Source: Candidatus Latescibacterota bacterium (GTDB taxonomy: Bacteria; Latescibacterota; UBA2968; UBA8231). Taken from it: DNA of 64,000 nt. The translations under genes were made by a program, and so were the position numbers. The stretch is taken from NCBI GenBank assembly GCA_965203175.1, contig OZ241867.1:3072001-3136000 (forward strand), in the 5' to 3' direction. Positions 56,601 through 64,000 of the stretch are shown piece by piece; the first letter of the stretch is position 1; each line of letters opens with the position of its first letter. A model generated the notes under the pieces. It made no database searches. It was not told the DNA's origin and was given only the letters and a program-made list of their open reading frames with translations.

Positions 56601-57371
56601 TCAGATCGCGACTCCGCCGCAGACGGAAATGCACTGGCCGGTCACGTAATCCGAGAGGTCGGTCGCCAAGAATTCTACTACCTTGGCGCAGTCTTCTGGC
56701 TTGCCAAACCGACCGAGCGGAATGTGGTCGGCTGCGCCCTCTCCCGCGCCCATGCCCTCGGCGATTTTGCGCGAACTGAGGATGTAGCCGGGTGCAATGC
56801 AGTTGACGTTAACTCCATAAGGCCCTAACTCCTTGGCCAAGACCTTGGTGTAGTGAGCGACTCCGGCCTTGGCGATGCTGTACGGCGGACCCCCTTCAGT
56901 TCCCCGCAACCCAGCTAACGAAGAGATGTTGATGATTTTGCCGCTGCGCTGGCGCTGCATAGGCTCTTTCGCCGCCAAGCAGCAGTGGACTGCGCTCATC
57001 AGGTTGATTTCCATGATGAAGCGGAAGTACTCTTCTTCCGAGGGTTCGCCCGGTGGGCGCAAGCCGCCGCCGGCGTTGTTGACCAGAATGTCGAGGCGGC
57101 CCCATTCGCTCGCGATGCGGTTGACGACCTCGGCGGCAGCGGCCTTTTGCGACACATCGGCCTCTATGCCGAGGGAGCGGCAGCCGAGGTTGCGGATTTC
57201 GTCGACGACTGTGTCCGCGTTTAGCTTTTCGTCGTATTGCTTGGCCGAAGCTAGGTTGACGTCGTTGACCACCACATCGGCTCCGAGTTGAGCTAGGCGC
57301 AAGGCGTACGACCGCCCTAGGCCGCGGCCAGCTCCGGTCACCAGCGCGACCTTGTCGGTGAGCTTTTTCAT
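56601..57371 (-). CDS. SDR family oxidoreductase
   Basis: TGAGRGLG, NNAG, YSIAK (YxxxK), IAPG. Confidence 0.95.
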   Translation of the reverse strand: MKKLTDKVALVTGAGRGLGRSYALRLAQLGADVVVNDVNLASAKQYDEKLNADTVVDEIRNLGCRSLGIEADVSQKAAAAEVVNRIASEWGRLDILVNNAGGGLRPPGEPSEEEYFRFIMEINLMSAVHCCLAAKEPMQRQRSGKIINISSLAGLRGTEGGPPYSIAKAGVAHYTKVLAKELGPYGVNVNCIAPGYILSSRKIAEGMGAGEGAADHIPLGRFGKPEDCAKVVEFLATDLSDYVTGQCISVCGGVAI

Positions 57372-57383
57372 CTTGACCCCCTG

Positions 57384-58616
57384 TTAGTCGATGCCCAGTG
57401 CCGCGTCGATTTCGGCTTGGTACTCATAGACGGCTCCGCTTTCTACCTCGCTGAGCTGCACCGTCCGACCCAACCGGCTCGACTCGAAAATCGCGTACAC
57501 CGCGGCCACGTCTTTTAGCCCCTCCATCCCGTCCACCTCGATTTCCCGCCCGTTGAGAATGGCCTCGGCCAGTTCAAAGTACTCTAGTGCCAACAGTTTC
57601 CAGTCGATGTCTTGGTCGGCGACCCGCTCGGGAAAAAAGTGCTCGGCTAGTGGCTCTAAGGCGAACGCTTCTGCATCAGCCACGAGCGCGGCGTGGTCGA
57701 GCGTTGTGCCGTCGGCTCGTTGTAGGCACGCCCTAGCGCCGCGCGTACCAAATCCCTGCATCACGCCCTCAGACCCGAAGATGACCTCGCCGCCGCAAGA
57801 GCCGTATCCCCCTAGGCCCACCACCCAGTTGACCGCGATGCCGCTCTCCATCCGAAACATTGCCATAGAGGTGTCTTCGGCCGTGGCGTGGACTTGCTGC
57901 TCCATCTCGGTGAAGCGGGTTCGGTAAAACTCATAGGGCGAGTTGATGTCCTGGGCCTTGTGGCGCACGGGCGAGGCTAACTCGACGTCCCCGTAGGCTT
58001 CCTTGATGTCCCCGAGTTGGTAGCGAATCATGTCGGTGAAATGGACGCCTAGATCCAGAAGCAGTCCGCCTCGATCCTTCATGTGCCGCCAAGGCGTGAT
58101 GAACACTTCGCGATGCGGGGCCAGCGAGTGGAAGATCGCCATGTAGGGGCGGCCAATGGCCCCTTGCTCCAGCAGGTGATGCACCAGCCGCGCCGAGGGA
58201 TCGCGGCGAAAATTTTCCGCCACCGACAGGATGCGCTGGTTGCGCTCGGCGGCTTCGATCATCTGCTGGCAGCCCTTGACGGTAATGGCCATGGGTTTTT
58301 CCACCATTACGTGCAACCCCAGATCGAGTGCTTGGCAGACCACGGCGTGATGCACCGACGGGTCCACCACGACATCCACGGCCATTAGGTCGGGGACTTC
58401 GCGGTGCATGGTTTCGAGATCGGTGAACACCGCGGGTCGCTGGCCCACGAGCTTTTCGGCTTCTGTGGCCGCCAGCTCGGCGTTGTCGCGCCGGATGTCG
58501 CATACGGCGACTAGCTCTACATTGTCAAACGGGGTTTTGGCGAGGGCTCCCAAGCCGTATAGGTGCCGCGTTCCCATGCCCCCGCAGCCGACTAATGCCA
58601 GTCTTATTTTGTCCAA
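57384..58616 (-). CDS. Gfo/Idh/MocA family oxidoreductase
   Basis: TTG start after SD AAGGAGG; LVGCGGMG, VEKP, DLGVHFTD. Confidence 0.92.
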   Translation of the reverse strand: MDKIRLALVGCGGMGTRHLYGLGALAKTPFDNVELVAVCDIRRDNAELAATEAEKLVGQRPAVFTDLETMHREVPDLMAVDVVVDPSVHHAVVCQALDLGLHVMVEKPMAITVKGCQQMIEAAERNQRILSVAENFRRDPSARLVHHLLEQGAIGRPYMAIFHSLAPHREVFITPWRHMKDRGGLLLDLGVHFTDMIRYQLGDIKEAYGDVELASPVRHKAQDINSPYEFYRTRFTEMEQQVHATAEDTSMAMFRMESGIAVNWVVGLGGYGSCGGEVIFGSEGVMQGFGTRGARACLQRADGTTLDHAALVADAEAFALEPLAEHFFPERVADQDIDWKLLALEYFELAEAILNGREIEVDGMEGLKDVAAVYAIFESSRLGRTVQLSEVESGAVYEYQAEIDAALGID

Positions 58617-58692
58617 AGCCGCCTCCTTTTTTAAGTGGACGAACAAATAAATGTTGCGGCCAGCGACGAGCAACCCGATTGTTCACCACTCC

Positions 58693-60588
58693 TCAGAGGA
58701 ACAGACCGTTGCCGACCATGCCCGTGAAAGAGTCGATGATCCAGAAGATCCCGAAGATCGCAAAGTGCCCGAGGATCATCCCCAAGAAGAACGGCCGCAC
58801 TTGGCGGTAGAGGTGGACGCCGCCGTAGTGCAAGATCGGCCCCTTGATGAGCCAGGCCAAAAAGGCGTTGAAAGCCATCCAGTGAAAGGTCGAGCTGATG
58901 GGGAAGCCAATCGGATGCAGGGGCCACCAGACCCAGTAGCGGCGCGCCAGCATCAACAGGCCCATCACTCCGCCGCCAATGCCGGTGTGGAACCACCCCA
59001 GCCAGTTGGGCGGCGAGGGGCTGCTCATCCGCGCTGCCGTGTAATCGTACACGTAGTTGGGTAGCCAGATAAAATTGGGCGGCCGCAAGTTGATCGCCCC
59101 ATACGTGTAGGCGAGGTGCATCAGCATCCACAGCGCGCCGCCAAGGCCCGCCAACAGAGCCAGCAGCATGCCCCAGAACAGGTAGCGCCGCCGGCCCTCG
59201 ATTTGCCCGCTCAGTTTCAGGCTGTTGGCCACGTGGGGCATGGAGAAATTGAGCAGATCGTTGGCAAAGATCCGCGTGAAGGCTAGCCCGACTAGGCCGA
59301 CTCCAAAGAAAGAGGTGCCAATGGCCGAGACGGCTGCGTCTGGAGCCACCAGCGGGGCGTAAATGACTGCCACACCGCCCTCGGCCACCACTCGTGTGAT
59401 AGCCACGTACACCACGAACATGAAAAACAAGAGGGTAGCAATGCCCACCAGCGGGATGCCGAGGGCCGACAGCCAGCCGGCTAGGACGCCCACGCTGCCG
59501 ATGAGGCCCAAGACCGCGCTCCGATACGAGAGGATCTCGTCGCTGTCGTCAACGTCCGGGGCGCCGCGCAGGGCCTTGCGGAAGACATTGCCGATGTGCT
59601 CGCGCCCGACCCACAATCCGCCCAACACGAGGACGATCATCGCGCCCATGCCTTGGTGGACCAAGCTGGGCAGGCCGTAGCTCCACACGCTGACGGCTGG
59701 TTCCTGTTCGATGCCCCAGCCGATGGCGCGGTAGATGGTCCCTTGGAGGTTGTTGAGCAAGGTGAACAGCCACAGGCCAAAGGTCACCTCGCGCTGGATC
59801 AAAAAGAAGAAGCCCAAGGTGGCGAAGCTCAGGCGGGAGCTGAAGAGCGGAAAGGGGATGCTCAGGTCAATCGTCGGCAGGAACGGGAAATAGGCGTGCA
59901 GGCCGATGACCGTCCCAGTGAGCACGGGCACGGAAAAGCCGATCCACATGACTCCGTTGCGGAAGAAGGGCTTGATGAGCGAGCCGCGCTCGTCGTCCTG
60001 CACCATGGCGAGGGGGAGCTGCATCACGGGATAGACGAGCCGCTCGTTTTCGACCCAGTGCCGGCGCACGATGACCATCAGGCACAAGGTGGCCACTTGC
60101 AGCGCGATGACCAGCGGCAACCAGCTCAACAGTGGCGTGAGCCACACCTGCCAGGGAATCGCGCCCGTCTGCCCTTCGTTGCCCTCAAAGAAAGCGCGGA
60201 TGGCCTCTAGGTCGTGGGGCACCAGCCAAGTGGGGATATAGGGCAGGATTAGTTCGCCCCAGTTGTTTTCAGGGCTGGCGTAGTAAAACGGACTCGACAC
60301 CAGCGGCACCCAGTAGCTGAGCAGCCTGGGGACCGCGTTGGCCAAGCTGGTCATAATGAAAATGACGACCAGTTCGCCTCGCTGGAGGATCCAAGACCGG
60401 CGGATGGAGCCGAGGCCGGCGTTGACGACCAAAAGGAGCAGGAAGAGGATGAGGTGGGCGATCTGGCTGGTGTAGTACGCCGCGGCATTCGAGCCTTGCA
60501 CGTAGAGGCTGAGGAAGGGAACCGCCGCGCCGACGCCAAAGGCCAGCAGCAAGCCGATGACGAGGGAGCGGAGGGTCACTTGGCCCAC
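58693..60588 (-). CDS. DUF6785/DUF6784-type polytopic membrane protein (paralogue of 886-2913)
   Basis: YYASPENNW, WVENERLVYP, RVVAEGG, WWPLHPIG; start GTG 60588 or 60579 (GTGA overlap with upstream stop). Confidence 0.8.
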   Translation of the reverse strand: MGQVTLRSLVIGLLLAFGVGAAVPFLSLYVQGSNAAAYYTSQIAHLILFLLLLVVNAGLGSIRRSWILQRGELVVIFIMTSLANAVPRLLSYWVPLVSSPFYYASPENNWGELILPYIPTWLVPHDLEAIRAFFEGNEGQTGAIPWQVWLTPLLSWLPLVIALQVATLCLMVIVRRHWVENERLVYPVMQLPLAMVQDDERGSLIKPFFRNGVMWIGFSVPVLTGTVIGLHAYFPFLPTIDLSIPFPLFSSRLSFATLGFFFLIQREVTFGLWLFTLLNNLQGTIYRAIGWGIEQEPAVSVWSYGLPSLVHQGMGAMIVLVLGGLWVGREHIGNVFRKALRGAPDVDDSDEILSYRSAVLGLIGSVGVLAGWLSALGIPLVGIATLLFFMFVVYVAITRVVAEGGVAVIYAPLVAPDAAVSAIGTSFFGVGLVGLAFTRIFANDLLNFSMPHVANSLKLSGQIEGRRRYLFWGMLLALLAGLGGALWMLMHLAYTYGAINLRPPNFIWLPNYVYDYTAARMSSPSPPNWLGWFHTGIGGGVMGLLMLARRYWVWWPLHPIGFPISSTFHWMAFNAFLAWLIKGPILHYGGVHLYRQVRPFFLGMILGHFAIFGIFWIIDSFTGMVGNGLFL

Positions 60589-61763
60589 AATGTCAATCGA
60601 AGCTCATCGCCGAACAGCTCGTACTTTGGGCGTCGGCCCGAGTGCGCTTCGCCATCCTCTAGAATCTTCCGCACACCTTCGCCACGCGATTCGAGGAATA
60701 CCTGCCCGGTGCGCTTACTGCGAATCCTCGACAGGAAGCTGACCAAGAGTTGATTGCGGGTGAACGTACGGTAGGCCATATCTTCGATCGTGATGGTGTT
60801 GGGCAACTTGCCGGGGCTGTACAACTCCAGCCGGTCGGCGAATAGGAACAGGCGGATTTTCGACCCGGCAATGGCGTAGTCGCGGTGGGCGACCGCGTTG
60901 ACGATGGCCTCGTCAACGACATCGATGTCGTACTGGGGGGAGTCTCCTGTTTGCATGAAACGGGCGACGAAGGCGATTCCGGCGTCGATCTGATCGGACA
61001 CCGGGCCGGCGAGCCGCTCTGCGTGGATCAGATCGTCCGAGGACAGACGGGTTCCGCGATAGCACGCGGCTTCAATGGCCCCGGACGCCAAGAACTCGGT
61101 CGGCTCGGTCGCGAAGATCAGCAAGCCGGCGACGGTCGGCCGGTCCATCCCGTCCTCGTCTTGGAATATCACCCGGGTGTTGCGCAGTAGGTCGAGCCAA
61201 GGGATGGTCGGCGAGCGTCCAAAAAATGCTTCGAGTCGATTGCGGTTGAGGTCTTCTACTGTTGCGGCGAGTACGGATTGCTCGTCAAACACATACTCGC
61301 GGCCCCGCTGTTGGAAAAGCCGAGCGAGTTCTGGGGGGGTGAGATCCTGTTTTGTGGACCCAATCCGAGTGTAGTAACGCCCGCTCGATGTGCGGTGTAC
61401 ATACAGTCCACGCGGTACCTCTGCCAGCAGAACGTGCTCCTCGTCTCCTGCTACACTTGGCAGCAGTGCTTTGCGGATGACGAGCCGGATCGGTGGATCG
61501 CAGTTGTGGGTTGCGACGTTGAGCAGCCAGTGCTCGACCATATCCACTTGGTCCGGCGGAATTCCGCGCACGGCACCCGAATCGTCAACGCCAAGGAACA
61601 CAGCGCCACCCTCGGCGTTCGCAAACGCAACGAGTTCGCCGGCCAGTTCTTGGGTATTGGGGGTTAGCACGCCTCGATCCCCGAAGCGCACTTCTTTGAA
61701 CTCGGAGCGGCCGTCTTCGCCAGCGCGGAGTTGGTTCAGAATCTGATTCCTAGTATCGAACAT
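60576..61763 (-). CDS. AlbA_2 (Schlafen-like) + HATPase_c_4 domain protein
   Basis: GEDGRSEFKE, VAFANAEGG.VFLGVDD, EAIVNAVAHRDY, SPGKLP, RNQLL, GEGV. Confidence 0.88.
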   Translation of the reverse strand: MFDTRNQILNQLRAGEDGRSEFKEVRFGDRGVLTPNTQELAGELVAFANAEGGAVFLGVDDSGAVRGIPPDQVDMVEHWLLNVATHNCDPPIRLVIRKALLPSVAGDEEHVLLAEVPRGLYVHRTSSGRYYTRIGSTKQDLTPPELARLFQQRGREYVFDEQSVLAATVEDLNRNRLEAFFGRSPTIPWLDLLRNTRVIFQDEDGMDRPTVAGLLIFATEPTEFLASGAIEAACYRGTRLSSDDLIHAERLAGPVSDQIDAGIAFVARFMQTGDSPQYDIDVVDEAIVNAVAHRDYAIAGSKIRLFLFADRLELYSPGKLPNTITIEDMAYRTFTRNQLLVSFLSRIRSKRTGQVFLESRGEGVRKILEDGEAHSGRRPKYELFGDELRLTLWAK

Positions 61764-61767
61764 CAAC

Positions 61768-61842
61768 CTACGCTCCTAGTCGGATGCTGATCAGGGTGCC
61801 GGGCAGCTTCTTCATCCCCCAAGTGGAGTAGCCGATTTTCAT
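61768..61842 (-). pseudogene. 24-aa mini-ORF resembling the N-terminus of a sugar-phosphate isomerase/epimerase
   Basis: SD GAGGAG; MKIGYSTWGMKKLPGTLISIRLGA*. Confidence 0.5.
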
Positions 61843-61906
61843 GCCTGCTCCTCGCGGGTGGCGCGGACCTCGTTACCTACTAATGCCAATCTGATTTTTT
61901 TTCATA
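61836..61906. repeat. ~70-bp direct repeat, copy 1
   Basis: About 90% identical to 62684-62753 by eye. Confidence 0.92.
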
Positions 61907-61909
61907 CGA

Positions 61910-62683
61910 TCACCGGAGTCCGGTCGGGCTTGTTCCGGTACTGTAGCGAAGGTGCCGTGCCACCGCCTCCACTGGTGCCGTCCAGATGGAATCCTGCCGC
62001 TCTCCGAGGTAATCAACCAGACTTTGGTGCACCTCGGGATCGATGTACAAGCCGTGCGTGCCTTCACCGACTCCGTGGATCATGTAGATGATCCAGCCGC
62101 CTGAGGCTACGGCGTCGTCGATTTCCAGTCGCAGGTGGTCGAAACTGCGGCCGTCGCCACTGAAATGCCCCAAGGCGTTCAAGTTGAGCGTTCCTGAATT
62201 GACGACTTGGTTGTTGAAGGGGCCGCGGCCAGCGACGAACAGTTCCTTGATCAGCGATTCGAGGCTGTGCAGGGTATCTCCCTCGCCGAGCTCGGTGTTG
62301 CAGCAGGTGTTGCCGAAGGAACGCTCCTCCCTGCCGTCGAGCGAAGACAGGATGGCGTTCGCGGCGCGCATTTCATCGGTCCACCTGCGGGGCGTGTACC
62401 GGCACAGGTCGTACTCGTCGGCCAGCCAGTCGTGGCCTTGGCTCTTGCGGCACGGGTGGAAGATGCTGTGATTGCCGAGCTCGTGGCCCTTGGCGGCCAC
62501 ATCGCGCCAAGCACCGGGGTTGTTCATCAGGCTGGTTATATTCGTATAGAACGTCGCTCTCAATCCATGGGCTTCCCAATCGGGTGCGACATCCTCGTAG
62601 TGACAGGGTAGCGCGTCGTCGTAGCTGATAGAGACCGCTCCCTGAATGCCTTCTGGCCAGGAAAATGCTGATTGATCAATCAT
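61910..62683 (-). CDS. Polysaccharide deacetylase (NodB/CE4-like) family protein
   Basis: AVSISYDD, GLRATFY, GHELGNHS.FHPC, YMIHGV, WTAPV. Confidence 0.88.
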   Translation of the reverse strand: MIDQSAFSWPEGIQGAVSISYDDALPCHYEDVAPDWEAHGLRATFYTNITSLMNNPGAWRDVAAKGHELGNHSIFHPCRKSQGHDWLADEYDLCRYTPRRWTDEMRAANAILSSLDGREERSFGNTCCNTELGEGDTLHSLESLIKELFVAGRGPFNNQVVNSGTLNLNALGHFSGDGRSFDHLRLEIDDAVASGGWIIYMIHGVGEGTHGLYIDPEVHQSLVDYLGERQDSIWTAPVEAVARHLRYSTGTSPTGLR

Positions 62684-62753
62684 TTTTCATGCGTGCTCCT
62701 CGCGGGCGGCGCGGACCTCGTCACCTACTAATGTCAATCTGATCTTTTCCATA
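62684..62753. repeat. ~70-bp direct repeat, copy 2
   Basis: Matches 61836-61906; contains the SD of the deacetylase gene. Confidence 0.92.
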
Positions 62754-62909
62754 GCTGTTGCTTCTCTTAGCGTGGAATCATTTCGTCATACGCTAGGAAT
62801 TTCGGCATCAGAAGGCAAAAACCGGTCTTGTCGCTCGCGTATGCGTTGTCCGAGTTTCTTGGTGCCCAAGAAGATAGGCGAGTCGAGCACGGCAAAGTCG
62901 GCATACAGA

Positions 62910-64000
62910 TCATGTGCTCCCTTCCCCACCATCCAAATCTGGCGGCTTCTCCATCCGGCGGTTTAGGGCATGGATAGGAATCCCCAAGAATTCGGCGGCC
63001 TTGGCTTCCGAAATCGCGCCTTCCGCCAGAGCGCGTACGCATAGGCGATAGAAACGTCTAGGCTCCTCACTTTCCATTGCATGAGGCTCTTTGTACGGTA
63101 GGCTGCGCCAGCCAAAACGGGAAAAGTCGTCGAAAAGCCGCCGGGACAGAGTCTGGTTAAAAATGCCGAGATCTCTGCAGCGATACGTAAGGGCCTGTAC
63201 GCTTACGCCGAATATTTGCTTGAGTTCAAAGAGTTCGCTCCAGCCCATAGACGTGCGGTGTTTGCCGATTTCGGCCCGGAGTGTTTCCGCGGGCATGAGG
63301 AATGCTCCGGTAAATCGGTGAGCGGCCTTCTCCTTGTTGACCTTCGGGGCGACTTCCAACACCATGTGTCCGAGCTCATGTACCATCGTGAAGCGCTGCT
63401 GTTCTCCCCAATCTTTTCGATCCACGACGATCACGGGTACGGTATTGTTGCCCCCGTGTCCACGGCGTACACGCGCTACCAACCCGTCAATATTAGTGAG
63501 ATCTATTGAGAGAATCTTGATCCCGCGCCCCTCCAGAAACTCGACCAAGTGCGGGATGGGATCAAGACCTAGCCCCCAATGGGTACGGAGACCACGTGCC
63601 GCGTGCTCAGCCTCCAAGGGATCGCCGACCACAGAATAGGGAGCTTGACGGGGCATGTCCCACGCTACACTCGGCAGACCAAGGAGTTCCTCGATCGTCA
63701 GATAGCGTTCCAACAAGTGGAGAATCTTGGCCTTGACTCGGGCTTCCTCTTTCTTGCTCGTGAGTTTCTTTGTGTTAAACTCGACCTCCTTGAAAACCAT
63801 GTCTTGGCCTCCGACCAGATAGTCTACGGACATGCCGAGAGCATCAGCGAGCACCATGAGAACTCCCGAGTCTGGCGTCGACTCATTGCGCTCATACTTG
63901 CTGATAGCCTGCGCCGTTACCCGATTTCCAATTCTGGTTGCTAAACTACGAAGAGATAGACCAGAGGCAGCACGAGCAACCTTAAGTCGTTTGCCTATCA
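62910..64000 (-). CDS. XRE-HTH + ImmA/IrrE zinc metallopeptidase (start codon cut by window edge)
   Basis: Frame is open to the window end: IGKRLKVARAASGLSLRSLA...AQAISKYERNESTP; RFTMVHELGH (HExxH); EKAAHRFTGAFLMP. Confidence 0.9.
   Translation of the reverse strand, partial: IGKRLKVARAASGLSLRSLATRIGNRVTAQAISKYERNESTPDSGVLMVLADALGMSVDYLVGGQDMVFKEVEFNTKKLTSKKEEARVKAKILHLLERYLTIEELLGLPSVAWDMPRQAPYSVVGDPLEAEHAARGLRTHWGLGLDPIPHLVEFLEGRGIKILSIDLTNIDGLVARVRRGHGGNNTVPVIVVDRKDWGEQQRFTMVHELGHMVLEVAPKVNKEKAAHRFTGAFLMPAETLRAEIGKHRTSMGWSELFELKQIFGVSVQALTYRCRDLGIFNQTLSRRLFDDFSRFGWRSLPYKEPHAMESEEPRRFYRLCVRALAEGAISEAKAAEFLGIPIHALNRRMEKPPDLDGGEGST

Overview
GC-rich (~60%) bacterial chromosome segment with no rRNA, tRNA, CRISPR array, transposase or integrase visible. 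Gene content resembles Candidatus Latescibacterota or related FCB-group bacteria (inference). Positions 1-34.7 kb hold a large envelope locus: six paralogous secreted proteins (discoidin-like N-terminal region, C-terminal TPNGD/FlgD-Ig domain, all ending V[AV]Y), two tandem ~910-aa uncharacterised putative outer-membrane proteins with Ca-binding-like acidic motifs, three FG-GAP/ASPIC-UnbV lipoproteins, a PpiC foldase lipoprotein, a GT-C glycosyltransferase-TPR fusion, a DUF6785/DUF6784-type polytopic membrane protein and a secreted protein with a C-terminal 'TTWGRLK' tail. This is the best candidate for an undescribed secretion or nutrient-capture system. Positions 34.8-38.7 kb are a small defence-like island (DUF433/DUF5615 TA, Schlafen/AlbA_2 protein, AT-rich ORFan, AbrB-VapC TA). 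The rest holds an aquaporin, a TonB-dependent receptor, a peptidase/oxoprolinase operon and sugar/acid catabolic genes, ending in an HTH-ImmA/IrrE gene cut by the window edge. A second recurring signal is gene cargo flanked by decayed 40-100 bp direct duplications, plus 'collapsed' mini-ORF gene remnants. All family assignments come from motif recognition by eye, not database searches.
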